DNA from: Pyrodictium abyssi
GTDB taxonomy: Archaea > Thermoproteota > Thermoprotei_A > Sulfolobales > Pyrodictiaceae
Assembly (NCBI RefSeq): GCF_036323395.1
Contig: NZ_AP028907.1
Span: 1,890,001 to 1,922,000 of the forward strand
Direction of reading: 5' to 3'
DNA: 32,000 nucleotides
The notes beneath the pieces are model-generated. The model searched no databases. It was not told where the DNA came from and worked only from the letters and a program-made list of their open reading frames with translations. The stretch's first letter is position 1; every line of letters starts with the position of its first letter. Positions 18,326-27,555 of the stretch are shown piece after piece. The position numbers were made by a program, and so were the translations under genes.

Positions 18326-18442
18326 AACCTCCTATTCCCGTGCTAGGGCTAGAGGGCGGGATGATGGCTTTGTGGATATGAAAGCCTAGCTCTCCTGAGA
18401 AGAAATGGTTGGGGTGGGCTCCTGGTATCAGTGTGGCTGTTT

Positions 18443-18473
18443 CCTGTCAGGGTGGATTCTTTATCCTGACAGG
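18443..18473. repeat. Perfect 9-bp inverted repeat CCTGTCAGG-N13-CCTGACAGG
   Basis: Read directly. Lies between the ABCE1 stop (18491) and the orphan gene. Confidence 0.85.
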
Positions 18474-18490
18474 CTGCAGGGCTCTGTGCG

Positions 18491-20326
18491 CTATTCTTCC
18501 TCCTTCTCTTCCTTCTCGCCTGGCCTGGGGATGTAGTAGTATTTGCCTAGACGCTTCTGCATACGGTCGAGGAAGCTGTCCTCCTTGTTGATCCGTGGTC
18601 TCCCGGTCTCTGGGTCTTTTCGTATAGTTATGCCGAGCTCGCGAAGGAACAGGTTCATGCCCTCAGGGAGTGGTAGCGGCTTAGAGGCTCTGCCGTGGCT
18701 GCCTGGTGCGCCGGTGAACACGAGTATCCGGTTAGCTATATAGTCCTGGACGGCTATGTCGTGCTCCACTATTATGGCGGCTGCGCCCCGCGCCTCTGTG
18801 AGCCTGCGGATAGCCTTGGCCACGGATAGCCGCTCCTCTACGTCTAGGTACGCCGAGGGCTCGTCGAGCAGGTATATGTCAGCCTCTCTAGCTAGCGCAG
18901 TGGCCACGGCAACCTTCTGCAGCTCGCCACCGCTGAGCTCGGACACTCTCCTGTCGAGTAGCCGGTCGACGCGCAGCCTCCTAACTATCTCAACGTTTAG
19001 CCAAGAGCCGGGCGAGAGGGTTGATGGGTTAGCCTCCCTTAGCAGCTGTTCTACGGTGATGTCACCGAAGGTGTCGGGGTTTACGTACTGTGGCTTGTAG
19101 CTTATCCGTAGCTGGCCTTCAGGCTTGTCTATGCTGCCCTCGGCTGGCTTGATCTCCCCCGCTAGGGTGCGCACAAATGTAGTCTTGCCTATACCGTTTG
19201 GCCCGACTACGCCTAGGACTTCTCCCTCGTGGAGCTCGCCGGGCTCTGCCTCGAGGGTGAAGCCGCCTAGACGTACAACTAGCCGGCCCCAGCCTATGTA
19301 GCGCCGCGCTTCCTGGAGCTCTTGCTGTGTGAAGCTGATAGTGTATCTTATGGGCTCGCTCCTTATCCTCATGTTCTCGGCTGGCAGGTAGCCTTTGAGG
19401 AAGTGGTTTATTCCTGCACGGACTCCGTAGGGCTTAGAGGCTATACCGTAGACTCCCGGCTCACCATACATCACGACTACGTGGTCTGATAGGTAGTCGA
19501 GCATAGCTATATCATGCTCTACGACGACAACGTAGCTGTTGTTGGGCACGTAGCGGCGTATGGTTCTCGCGACGCGGATGCGCTCGCGTATATCCAGGTA
19601 GCTGCTAGGCTCGTCGAATAGGTAGAGGTTAGCGTCTTTGCTCAGAACGGCAGCTATCAGGAAGCGCTGTAGTTCTCCACCGCTAAGCTGGCGTATATCA
19701 CGGTCGAGGAGATGTGCTATGTTGAGCTCCTTGGCTAGCTCCTTCCATATTCCACGCTCGTCCGCTTTCTCGAGGAGAGTAGCGAGCTTGCCGCGTACAC
19801 GCCGTGGAACCATGTCAACATACTGTATCTTGTGGGCGGCCCTTATCTTGCCCTCGGCAAGTATCCTGAAGTAGTTCTGTAGCTCGGTGCCCCGGAACTG
19901 CTTGATAATCTCGTCCCAGCCGGGAGGCTGGCCCTCGGTCCTACCCAGGTTAGGGCGTAGCTCTCCCGCTAGTATGCGTAGAGCGGTAGATTTGCCGGCC
20001 CCATTCTTACCTATGACGCCCAGTATCTTGCCCTCACGGGGTATAGGCAGGCCGTAGAGCTTGAACCCGTTCACACCGTAGCGGTGGACAAGCATACGCT
20101 CTAGCTCGTCTGGCAGGTTGACAATGCTTATCGCCTTGAAGGGGCACTTCTTTATGCAGATACCGCAGCCTATACAAGTCTCCTCGTATATGACGGGCTT
20201 CCTGCGCATCTTGTCCATCTCTATAGCGGTTCCTCCGGTCAGGTTCACAGGGCAGAACGCTATACACTCCTGGTTACACTTACTGGGCTTACAAAGCTCG
20301 TAGTCGATGACAGCGACCCTTGTCAC
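18491..20326 (-). CDS. abce1: ABCE1 / RNase L inhibitor homolog, ribosome recycling ATPase
   Basis: N-terminal Cys clusters CKPSKCNQECIAFCPVN and CIGCGICIKKCPF; two Walker A motifs (GKNGAGKST, GPNGIGKTT) and two LSGGELQ signatures. Confidence 0.98.
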   Translation of the reverse strand: MTRVAVIDYELCKPSKCNQECIAFCPVNLTGGTAIEMDKMRRKPVIYEETCIGCGICIKKCPFKAISIVNLPDELERMLVHRYGVNGFKLYGLPIPREGKILGVIGKNGAGKSTALRILAGELRPNLGRTEGQPPGWDEIIKQFRGTELQNYFRILAEGKIRAAHKIQYVDMVPRRVRGKLATLLEKADERGIWKELAKELNIAHLLDRDIRQLSGGELQRFLIAAVLSKDANLYLFDEPSSYLDIRERIRVARTIRRYVPNNSYVVVVEHDIAMLDYLSDHVVVMYGEPGVYGIASKPYGVRAGINHFLKGYLPAENMRIRSEPIRYTISFTQQELQEARRYIGWGRLVVRLGGFTLEAEPGELHEGEVLGVVGPNGIGKTTFVRTLAGEIKPAEGSIDKPEGQLRISYKPQYVNPDTFGDITVEQLLREANPSTLSPGSWLNVEIVRRLRVDRLLDRRVSELSGGELQKVAVATALAREADIYLLDEPSAYLDVEERLSVAKAIRRLTEARGAAAIIVEHDIAVQDYIANRILVFTGAPGSHGRASKPLPLPEGMNLFLRELGITIRKDPETGRPRINKEDSFLDRMQKRLGKYYYIPRPGEKEEKEEE

Positions 20327-20598
20327 CGGGCAGCCCCAGAGCCCAGGGCCTGCAGAACAGGCTCATAAGACTCTACTGAGCCCTCTCGTGGTGTAGAAAG
20401 CGGCATGCAGACAGCATATGGCCTCCCGCAGCAAAACAGGTTATAAGGGCTAGATGGCGTCCCCCACTTGCAGTGGCCTACTATGGGGAGTGGTGACGGC
20501 ACAGAGCCGCTCCTCGGAGAATAGAGCCTGCCTCAATAATAGCTCCAAAAACCCGAGGAGCTAGGCTGTGAAGAAAGGCAAGGTATGCCGACACAAAG

Positions 20599-20794
20599 CT
20601 ACCATTCTTCCTCTTCCCACTCTTCTTCCTCTTCCTCCCACCACTCCTCTTCTTCCTCTTCCTCTTCCCACCATTCCTCCTCTTCGTCTAGGATAAGCCA
20701 TTTCATCGTGAGCCACCACAGTTAATCGGTTCCATGCTTCAGCTATGCTTGGAGCTTCTTTAATTGTTTCCCCATAGGTTTCCAGACTAGTCAT
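20599..20794 (-). CDS. Candidate small gene with Glu/Trp-rich tail (needs a frame change) or Arg/Gly-rich tail (no frame change)
   Basis: ATG 20794 opens MTSLETYGETIKEAPSIAEAWNRLTVVAHDE. Another frame in the same region reads MKWLILDEEEEWWEEEEEEEEWWEEEEEEWEEEEW-stop (20706-20599). See findings. Confidence 0.45.
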
Positions 20795-20811
20795 TAGGAA
20801 TAAAAAGACGT

Positions 20812-21300
20812 CTACTCGCTCTCCGACATGCGGTATATGCGCTCCTCGACAGGAAACACTGCTAGACGAGTTACCCTGGAACGGTCGCCACACTCGGTAC
20901 GTGTACACTCTTCTAGAGGCCTAAGATCCTCCGGGACGAATATACCTTGGTCATGCTCGGCTCTATGGGCTATAGCTACTACCACGTGCTCGCCGTGCTT
21001 GGGCGCGTACTCGTCGAGTACGCGGGCGATGTTCCTCTGGCCGGCCAGATAGAGTAGCACGTCGATACCCGGATTCCTTGCAATACCGAAGCCGTGGACA
21101 CGGGCAGCATAGGCGGACAGAACGGTCGACGCTATCTCCCATGCGCAGTATTGCTTAGCAAGCTTGGCCGGTATCAACGATGCAAGGACTCCGCTACTCC
21201 ATGCACAGCGTAGCTGTTGTTCAAGGTTATGGCTGTGTTTTGTACAGTAGAGCTTTACAGCTACGCTACCTATTCCTGGTAGAGTCTGCACCCATTCTAC
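20812..21300 (-). CDS. Cgi121-like KEOPS-associated protein
   Basis: IDVLLYLAGQRNIARVLDEYAPKHGEHVVVAI resembles the Cgi121 core (LLYLSGxRQI). ORF opens at 21339; start uncertain (GTG near 21291-21300). Confidence 0.6.
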   Translation of the reverse strand, partial: VEWVQTLPGIGSVAVKLYCTKHSHNLEQQLRCAWSSGVLASLIPAKLAKQYCAWEIASTVLSAYAARVHGFGIARNPGIDVLLYLAGQRNIARVLDEYAPKHGEHVVVAIAHRAEHDQGIFVPEDLRPLEECTRTECGDRSRVTRLAVFPVEERIYRMSESE

Positions 21301-21877
21301 GCGTGTTAAAGATCTTTTCGATGAATTCAATGTCCTCACCTGTAATCTTTGATACCTCCTCTAGGCTCAGTCCCTTCTTCCTCACTAGCTCCTCTACAGT
21401 CTCAGCTTTATCCCACGGGAATACTATCCATGCATCAGTCTCCTCGGCGTAGAAGTCTGGCCTGTGCATAGACCATGGCTTAAGATACAGTGCAGCTGTA
21501 AGTATCTTGCGGGGACCATAATGTGTTAGAAAGTTGATAGCTATGTTAAGGGTCTTGCCAGTGTCGGCTACATCGTCTACTACAAGGACGACTTTGTCCC
21601 TAATATCGACTATGAGTGGCTGAGTTACGACGGGGCGCTCTGCAGTCTCGCCGATGCCGCGGTAGAACTTGACCTCTAAGGCGCCCATAGTGGGAGTGCC
21701 GAGGTAGTCAGAGAGCAGCCGTGCTGGGATCCACCCGCCTCTCAGCACACCGACTATCACATCCACCTTTATGCCTCTGCTGGAGATCTGCTCTGCTATC
21801 TTAGCACAGCCTTCCTCGACCTCACGCCATGTAACCGGCTTAAACTTGACAGGCTCTGGATGAGGCTGGTCTACCAT
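21266..21877 (-). CDS. Purine phosphoribosyltransferase-like protein (hypoxanthine/xanthine-guanine type)
   Basis: IVGVLRGGWIPARLLSDYL, VVLVVDDVADTGKTL (PRPP-binding motif). Confidence 0.88.
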   Translation of the reverse strand: MVDQPHPEPVKFKPVTWREVEEGCAKIAEQISSRGIKVDVIVGVLRGGWIPARLLSDYLGTPTMGALEVKFYRGIGETAERPVVTQPLIVDIRDKVVLVVDDVADTGKTLNIAINFLTHYGPRKILTAALYLKPWSMHRPDFYAEETDAWIVFPWDKAETVEELVRKKGLSLEEVSKITGEDIEFIEKIFNTRRMGADSTRNR

Positions 21878-22185
21878 GACGCTGGCGGCCCCCGCAGCCT
21901 CTATGCGGGTGGAGGGAGACGCTCTCTAGGCAGTATAAAGCATAGCCGTGCTGGTAACTCGTGTAGCAGAGCCTCGCAGTCCTACCTTCTTCTCCGACCG
22001 TCGGGGGTCCTAGCACATGATGGAGTCCGGACTGGTTATTGCGTGAACGGTGAAGGGTTCGGCTGGTCTAGAGGGACTATATACTGGGAGCGCTAGAAGC
22101 CGGTAATAGTGCAGCATTGAAGCATGACATGAGGATGTATGGTCGAATGTAAAGGGTGTGTAAATACTCGCTGCCGGGGCCTCGT

Positions 22186-22497
22186 TTAAGCTTGTGGCGA
22201 TGGCGTCTCGGTCTGCTGCTGTGTCTGCTCCTGCTGGGCCTGGCCGAAGAGCGCGGCTCTAGTCTCTTCGGCGTGCTGCTGCTCTATTAGGTACTGTAGC
22301 TGGCCTGTCCTCTTGTATAGCCTTACCAGCCTTGTCACATAGCCAGCTATCTGGTTCCTTAGCTTCTTTGACGGGGTCTCTACGAGGTTTGCGACAACAC
22401 GCTTATTGTGTTCAAAATCCTCGGTAAATAGGTCAGGATACATTGTTATGAGCCTACGTGCTGTACGCTTGACGACTCCAATCCGCACCTTGCCCAT
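22186..22497 (-). CDS. rps17e: 30S ribosomal protein S17e
   Basis: [57 protein letters not shown]. Start ATG 22497; Gln-rich C-terminal extension. Confidence 0.93.
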   Translation of the reverse strand: MGKVRIGVVKRTARRLITMYPDLFTEDFEHNKRVVANLVETPSKKLRNQIAGYVTRLVRLYKRTGQLQYLIEQQHAEETRAALFGQAQQEQTQQQTETPSPQA

Positions 22498-22566
22498 TAC
22501 GCGCCCCCGGCCAGGCTTCGCCGTCTCCGGGGAGATATACCTTATGGAGAGCAAGGGACAGTAAGG

Positions 22567-22574
22567 TTTATATA
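22567..22574 (+). promoter_or_regulatory. TATA box of the thermosome gene
   Basis: GGTTTATATAGAAG about 66 nt upstream of the ATG at 22640. Confidence 0.65.
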
Positions 22575-22639
22575 GAAGCCCTCTGAAGGCAACCTACACA
22601 CGGACACAAGGACATAAGGGACGCCTAGAGGTGTAAGCC

Positions 22640-24334
22640 ATGGCCGCACGTGTTGCAACCGTGGAGCCCACTGGCGTGCCGGTGCTAATCCTCAAGGAGG
22701 GTACCCAGAGGACTTACGGCAAGGAGGCGCTACGCGCAAACATAATGATAGTACGCGCTATTGCTGAGACTCTACGCACCACCTACGGCCCCAAGGGCAT
22801 GGACAAGATGCTAGTAGACAGCCTAGGCGACATAACAATAACCAACGACGGTGCCACAATCCTAGACAAGATGGACGTACAGCACCCGACAGCCAAGCTG
22901 GTAGTCCAGATCGCGAAGGGCCAGGACGAGGAGGTGGGTGACGGTACAAAGACAGCAGTAATATTCTCCGGCGAGCTACTCCGCTTCGCCGAGGAGCTGC
23001 TAGACAAGAATGTACACCCAACGATAATTATAAGCGGCTACAAGAAGGCAGCCGAGGAGGCTATAAAGAAGCTATACGAGCTAGCCGAGCCAATAGACAT
23101 AGAGAACGAGGAGGTGCTCAAGAAGATAGCTAAGACCAGCCTAACAAGCAAGGCAGTACACGGTGCACGCGACTACCTAGCAGAGATAGTCGTAAAGGCT
23201 GTAAAGCAGGTGACTGAGAAGCGCGGTGACAAGTGGTACATAGACCTCGACAGCATACAGATAATCAAGAAGCATGGTGGTGGCCTCCGCGACACCCAGC
23301 TAATCTACGGCATCGTGCTCGACAAGGAGGTAGTACACCCCAGCATGCCCAGAAAGGTCGAGAACGCTTACATAGTGCTCCTCGACGCCCCACTAGAGGT
23401 CGAGAAGCCAGAGATCGACGCCGAGATAAGGATCAGCGACCCAACATACCTAAAGAAGTTCCTCGAGGAGGAGGAGCGGATCCTAGAGGAGATGGTCGAG
23501 AAGATCTATAGTGTTGCTGTTGAGCGTATGAAGAAGGATGGTGTGGACCCGGAGAAGGCTGGCATAGTAGTGATAACCCAGAAGGGTATCGACGAGGTAG
23601 CCCAGCACTTCCTAGCCAAGAAGGGCATAATGGCAGTAAGAAGAGTAAAGAGGAGCGACATCGAGAAGATAGCTAAGGCCACTGGTGCCAGAATAGTGAG
23701 CAATGTTGAGGACCTAACGCCAAGCGACCTAGGCTTCGCCAAGCTAGTAGAGGAGAGAAAGGTCGGCGAGGACAAGATGGTGTTCATAGAGGGCTGCCCC
23801 AACCCCAAGGCAGTAACAATACTCATACGCGCTGGTCTAGAGAGGCTAGTAGACGAGGCCGAGAGGAGCATACAGGACGCAATGCACGCAGTAGCAGACG
23901 CCATAAGGGATGGCAAGATAGTCAGTGGTGGTGGCGCAGTAGAGGTAGAGCTGGCCAAGTACCTGCGTGAGCTAGCACCGAAGATCGGCGGCAAGGAGCA
24001 GCTAGCCATAGAGGCATTCGCACGCGCCCTAGAAGGCCTGCCAATGGCGCTAGCAGAGAACGCTGGCCTCGACCCAGTAGAGATAATGATGAAGCTACGT
24101 GCCGCGCACTCCAAGCCGGAGGGCAAGTGGTTCGGCATCAACGTGTTCACCGGCGAAGTCGAGGACATGATGAAGCTCGGCGTAATAGAGCCAGTAAGCA
24201 TAAAGGCTAACGCCATCAAGGCCGGTACAGAGGCAGCAACAATGGTGCTAAGGATAGACGACATAATCGCTGCTGCTCGCCGCGAGGAGAAGGAAGAGGA
24301 AAAGAAGGAGGAAGAAGAGAAGGAAGAGGAGTAA
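22640..24334 (+). CDS. Thermosome subunit (group II chaperonin)
   Basis: [51 protein letters not shown], acidic [13 protein letters not shown] tail. Confidence 0.98.
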   Translation: MAARVATVEPTGVPVLILKEGTQRTYGKEALRANIMIVRAIAETLRTTYGPKGMDKMLVDSLGDITITNDGATILDKMDVQHPTAKLVVQIAKGQDEEVGDGTKTAVIFSGELLRFAEELLDKNVHPTIIISGYKKAAEEAIKKLYELAEPIDIENEEVLKKIAKTSLTSKAVHGARDYLAEIVVKAVKQVTEKRGDKWYIDLDSIQIIKKHGGGLRDTQLIYGIVLDKEVVHPSMPRKVENAYIVLLDAPLEVEKPEIDAEIRISDPTYLKKFLEEEERILEEMVEKIYSVAVERMKKDGVDPEKAGIVVITQKGIDEVAQHFLAKKGIMAVRRVKRSDIEKIAKATGARIVSNVEDLTPSDLGFAKLVEERKVGEDKMVFIEGCPNPKAVTILIRAGLERLVDEAERSIQDAMHAVADAIRDGKIVSGGGAVEVELAKYLRELAPKIGGKEQLAIEAFARALEGLPMALAENAGLDPVEIMMKLRAAHSKPEGKWFGINVFTGEVEDMMKLGVIEPVSIKANAIKAGTEAATMVLRIDDIIAAARREEKEEEKKEEEEKEEE

Positions 24335-24348
24335 CTCCTCAAAGCTAA

Positions 24349-24365
24349 GCCATAATTTTTGGCTA
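24349..24365 (+). terminator. Thermosome terminator (AGCC-ATAATTTTT-GGCT with T5 run)
   Basis: Short inverted repeat enclosing a T-run 15 nt after the stop codon. Confidence 0.5.
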
Positions 24366-24515
24366 TAGGCTCTATAGTACGTCTAAACCCAATTCTACCC
24401 CAACTCTTACGCGGTCGACAGGCCTCACCTAGTATTCTAGAGCGCCTCCAGTGGCCTGTGGGAGCGTCTTGTAGAAGTACGCTGGCGGGAGTCCTGGGCA
24501 CAGCGGGGTGCCGGG

Positions 24516-25106
24516 TTGATAGTAGTTGCCGGTACACCTGGGACAGGCAAGAGCCTGCTTGGCTCGAATATTGCCCGGCTACTAGGCCGTCGGTTTGCCA
24601 CAATATCCTGGATTGTGCTGGAGAAGGGGCTATGGGTACAATACGATGCACGGCGCCGAAGCTTCGTGATAGACTATGAGGGGCTTCTAGGAGCGTTAAG
24701 GCGCTACACCGGGTATGTTGTCGAGACGCACTGGCTGGAGCCTTTCGAAGAGCTTCTGGACGTTGTTGAGGGTGTTATAGTTACCCGGTGTAACCCTGTT
24801 GTGCTGCTAAGGAGGCTTGAGAGAAGAGGGTGGCCACCGCAAAAAGTGGCGGAAAACGTCGAGGCAGAGCTAATGGGGGTAATAGCAGAAGAGGCTAGAC
24901 GCCTTGCCGGCAAAGGTATACCTGTAGTTGAGATAGATACTACGAGAGGAAGCCCGGCCCAGAATGCTGTAGACGCCGTGGAGATGCTTAGGAGGGGCGA
25001 AGTTCGCTGCTGTATCGAGTGGCTCTCTGTGCTCCAGGAGGAGGAGCTAGGATTTTTGCTGGAAAAGTTAACCACTCTAGCCAGCGGCGTGGGACGAAAT
25101 GAGTAA
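24516..25106 (+). CDS. Adenylate kinase-like NTPase, Fap7/AK6 family
   Basis: VVAGTPGTGKSLLGSNIARLLG, VLRCNP-like VIVTRCNPVVLLRRLERRGWPPQKVAENVEAELMGVI, DTTR. Confidence 0.85.
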   Translation: MIVVAGTPGTGKSLLGSNIARLLGRRFATISWIVLEKGLWVQYDARRRSFVIDYEGLLGALRRYTGYVVETHWLEPFEELLDVVEGVIVTRCNPVVLLRRLERRGWPPQKVAENVEAELMGVIAEEARRLAGKGIPVVEIDTTRGSPAQNAVDAVEMLRRGEVRCCIEWLSVLQEEELGFLLEKLTTLASGVGRNE

Positions 25107-25749
25107 GGAGCTGGCAGCACTAAGAATGGCTAGGATAAACGTACGCGAACTGGCGCACAAGTTTAGGAGCATAATAACCGAGATAGACTCTGTGCTATCG
25201 AGGAGAGAGGAGGCTAGGGACAGCCTCATAAAATCCGGTAGGGACATCATAAAGATGTCAGGATGGGCCATTAACGCTCTGCACCGGGGGCTTATAGAGG
25301 AGGCCCGAGGCTACATGGAAGAGATGGATAAACGCGTAAGGGACTTCATAAAGCTAGCCTCAGACGATAGCTTTCTACGCGAGAGCGGTTTCGTGTACAA
25401 CGTGCTCTCAGAGTATGTGGAGGCGAAGGTATTCTACAGTATAGTGGTTGAGGGCGACATACCGAGCCACCATGACCTGGGTGTGGCAGAGGTACCGTAC
25501 CTCCAGGGCGTTGGTGACGCACTAGGTGAGCTACGCCGGCTCGCACTAGACCTAATGCGGGTAGACAGGCTCGAAGACGCGGAAGTAATCCTTGAGCTGA
25601 TGGAGGCGCTCTACTACGAGATGCGTGCTCTAGAGTATCCGGACGCACTAATACCCGGTGTCCGGCACAAAGTAGACGTTGCCCGGCGCTTAATTGATGA
25701 CACTAAGTCACTCCTTCTAAGTATAAAAGCTAGGAAAGGGTGCCAATAG
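25099..25749 (+). CDS. Translin/TRAX family protein
   Basis: REEARDSLIKSGRDIIKMSGWAI, EYVEAKVFYSIVVEG, PYLQGVGDALGELRRLALDLMR. Overlaps the kinase gene by 8 nt. Confidence 0.85.
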   Translation: MSKELAALRMARINVRELAHKFRSIITEIDSVLSRREEARDSLIKSGRDIIKMSGWAINALHRGLIEEARGYMEEMDKRVRDFIKLASDDSFLRESGFVYNVLSEYVEAKVFYSIVVEGDIPSHHDLGVAEVPYLQGVGDALGELRRLALDLMRVDRLEDAEVILELMEALYYEMRALEYPDALIPGVRHKVDVARRLIDDTKSLLLSIKARKGCQ

Positions 25750-25752
25750 AGC

Positions 25753-26088
25753 ATGTACATAGAACGTATGGATCCTGTTGAAGCCTTCAAGCTGGTTTTC
25801 TGCCGCTATCTACTCGATCGCGGCGACATGGTACTATCTATGGCGAGGACGACGGGGCAAAAAACACTGAAAATAGCTCTCTATGGGCTTTGGAGGCGCC
25901 ACGAAGCCGAAGAGACAGGATACCTACAGTTCATGGACATAGTGGAAGAGCTGAAAGATTGTGATGAGTGTCTCCGGAAGCTGGAAGAGATCGGGATAAT
26001 AGAATTCGCAAACGTTGACAACGAACCATACGTAATAGTAGATGTAAACAAGCTAGACAAGTTCATGAAAGAATGTATGAGTGAGTAG
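25753..26088 (+). CDS. Hypothetical protein, possible winged-helix fold
   Basis: 111 aa, starts 4 nt after the translin-like stop. Alternation of helices and YVIVDVNKL is wHTH-like but weak. Confidence 0.6.
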   Translation: MYIERMDPVEAFKLVFCRYLLDRGDMVLSMARTTGQKTLKIALYGLWRRHEAEETGYLQFMDIVEELKDCDECLRKLEEIGIIEFANVDNEPYVIVDVNKLDKFMKECMSE

Positions 26089-26250
26089 GCGCGTCAATAA
26101 CACAGAGATGCGCAACCATAACCAAGCCTTCTAAACCACTCATGGGTAAATGAGAGCGCTATACCGGGTGAGTAGCCCGAGAGCGGGTGGTGAGGAATGG
26201 AGCAGTGCGCTTGGGGGTTTGAGCGCCGGTGGGAGCTGACAGTTGTGTGG

Positions 26251-26335
26251 CGCCGGGGGCGGGATTTGAACCCGCGCGGGGTGGACCCCCACCGGCTTAG
26301 CAGGCCGGCGCCCTACCAGGCTAGGCGACCCCGGC
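26251..26335 (-). tRNA. tRNA-Ser (anticodon GCT)
   Basis: Minus: GCCGGGG TC GCC...GGC G CCGGC CTGCTAA GCCGG TGGGGGTCCACCCCG CGCGGG TTCAAAT CCCGC CCCCGGC G. Long variable arm, anticodon GCT. Confidence 0.95.
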
Positions 26336-26396
26336 ATCCATTTTATGGTACACGAGGGGATATAGGTGGTTAAATCCTTTTCTCAGTTGGGGTGAT

Positions 26397-27137
26397 GTGC
26401 ACGCGTTGGCCGAGCCATCGTGGCCTCCGCGTATAGTCCTCGAAAAGATTGCTAGGCACATCGCTGGGGAAATAGTGATGAGTGAGCACCCGGGTAGTGT
26501 GCTACGGAAGTGGCGCGAGATATTCGCAGCTAGCCAGCTAGACGTTGCCAGACACATGGGCGTGACACCTAGCGTTATCAGCGACTATGAAAAGGGCCGT
26601 CGAACCCCCGGCTCGCTGTTCATAAGGAGGTTCGTAGAAGCGCTTCTAGACATTGACAGCGAACGTGGATGGAGCGTAGTTTCCCGCCTTGCCAAGATGC
26701 TGCAGCTGAACTACCTTGGCGCAGTCATTGATATGCGGGAGTTCGAGGCAGGTGTATCACTTGAGGAGGTTATAACTCGTGTGAAAGGCTTCCCCGTCAA
26801 CTCCTATCTTCTTGACGAACGTATCTACGGCTACACGGTCATAGATAGTCTCAAGGCCATTATGAGCCTAACTGGGAGCGAGTTCCTCCACTTGCTTGGC
26901 TCGACAACGCAGCGTGTAGTAGTGTTTACAAGAGTTACGACCGGCAGAAGCCCCATGATAGCGCTGCGCGTGTCCTCGATAAAGCCAGCAGCTATAGTGC
27001 TTCATGGGCCGCGTAAGCTCGACTACCTGGCGCTGTGGATGGCGGAAAACGAGAGAATACCGGTGATACTGAGCATGGCTAGGGACGTAGACGAGCTCGT
27101 TATGAGCCTTCGGCGGCTCGCCTCCTCTCCTCGATAA
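26397..27137 (+). CDS. XRE-type helix-turn-helix transcriptional regulator
   Basis: ASQLDVARHMGVTPSVISDYEKGRRTPGSLFIRRFVEALL; GTG start. Confidence 0.88.
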   Translation: MHALAEPSWPPRIVLEKIARHIAGEIVMSEHPGSVLRKWREIFAASQLDVARHMGVTPSVISDYEKGRRTPGSLFIRRFVEALLDIDSERGWSVVSRLAKMLQLNYLGAVIDMREFEAGVSLEEVITRVKGFPVNSYLLDERIYGYTVIDSLKAIMSLTGSEFLHLLGSTTQRVVVFTRVTTGRSPMIALRVSSIKPAAIVLHGPRKLDYLALWMAENERIPVILSMARDVDELVMSLRRLASSPR

Positions 27138-27486
27138 GCATTATTGCTGCCGCTATGTCGCCCTCCGCTTCTTCGAGTGCGCGTCTCGCCTCCTCTAGGC
27201 TCACACCCGTCTGCTCTGCTACTAGCCTTACATCCTCCTCGCTGAAGGAGAGTGCTTCTTCGGGTTTCTGCGCCTCCCTCTCTTCAACGCGCTGGGCCAT
27301 TACCTGCATCATTATAGCTCCGCCCGGCATCTTTACTACTACGGCTTGCGGCGCTACCAGTACTAGTTCTTTGCCATCTCTCTGGCGTACTATGATTTCC
27401 TCAGCCTCGATGGCCTCTACATCAACATTCTTTAGCCCAAGCCTCTTTAGCTGCTTTTTTAAATCGCTGGGGCTGAACCGGAACAT
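27100..27486 (-). CDS. nac: Nascent polypeptide-associated complex protein (archaeal NAC)
   Basis: IEAEEIIVRQRDGKELVLVAPQAVVVKMPGGAIMMQV plus C-terminal UBA-like EEDVRLVAEQTGVSLEEARRALEEAEGDIAAAIMLI. Confidence 0.93.
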   Translation of the reverse strand: MFRFSPSDLKKQLKRLGLKNVDVEAIEAEEIIVRQRDGKELVLVAPQAVVVKMPGGAIMMQVMAQRVEEREAQKPEEALSFSEEDVRLVAEQTGVSLEEARRALEEAEGDIAAAIMLIEERRRAAEGS

Positions 27487-27555
27487 GCCAAGACAGCACC
27501 TCCGGAGCTTGACTCCAGCTACCTGCTTCCCGGCATCGCTGTGTAGGATGACAAG

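Noticed and set aside
22005-22070. Possible C/D sRNA or RNase P fragment around CATGATGGAGTCCGGACTGG
   Set aside because: Box C is imperfect, D boxes are CTGG rather than CTGA, and the RNase P consensus core is absent.
23233-24651. ORFs 23506-24651 (-, 381 aa) and 23233-23511 (+)
   Set aside because: Antisense or alternate frames of the thermosome gene, which is unambiguous; the long minus frame reflects codon bias.
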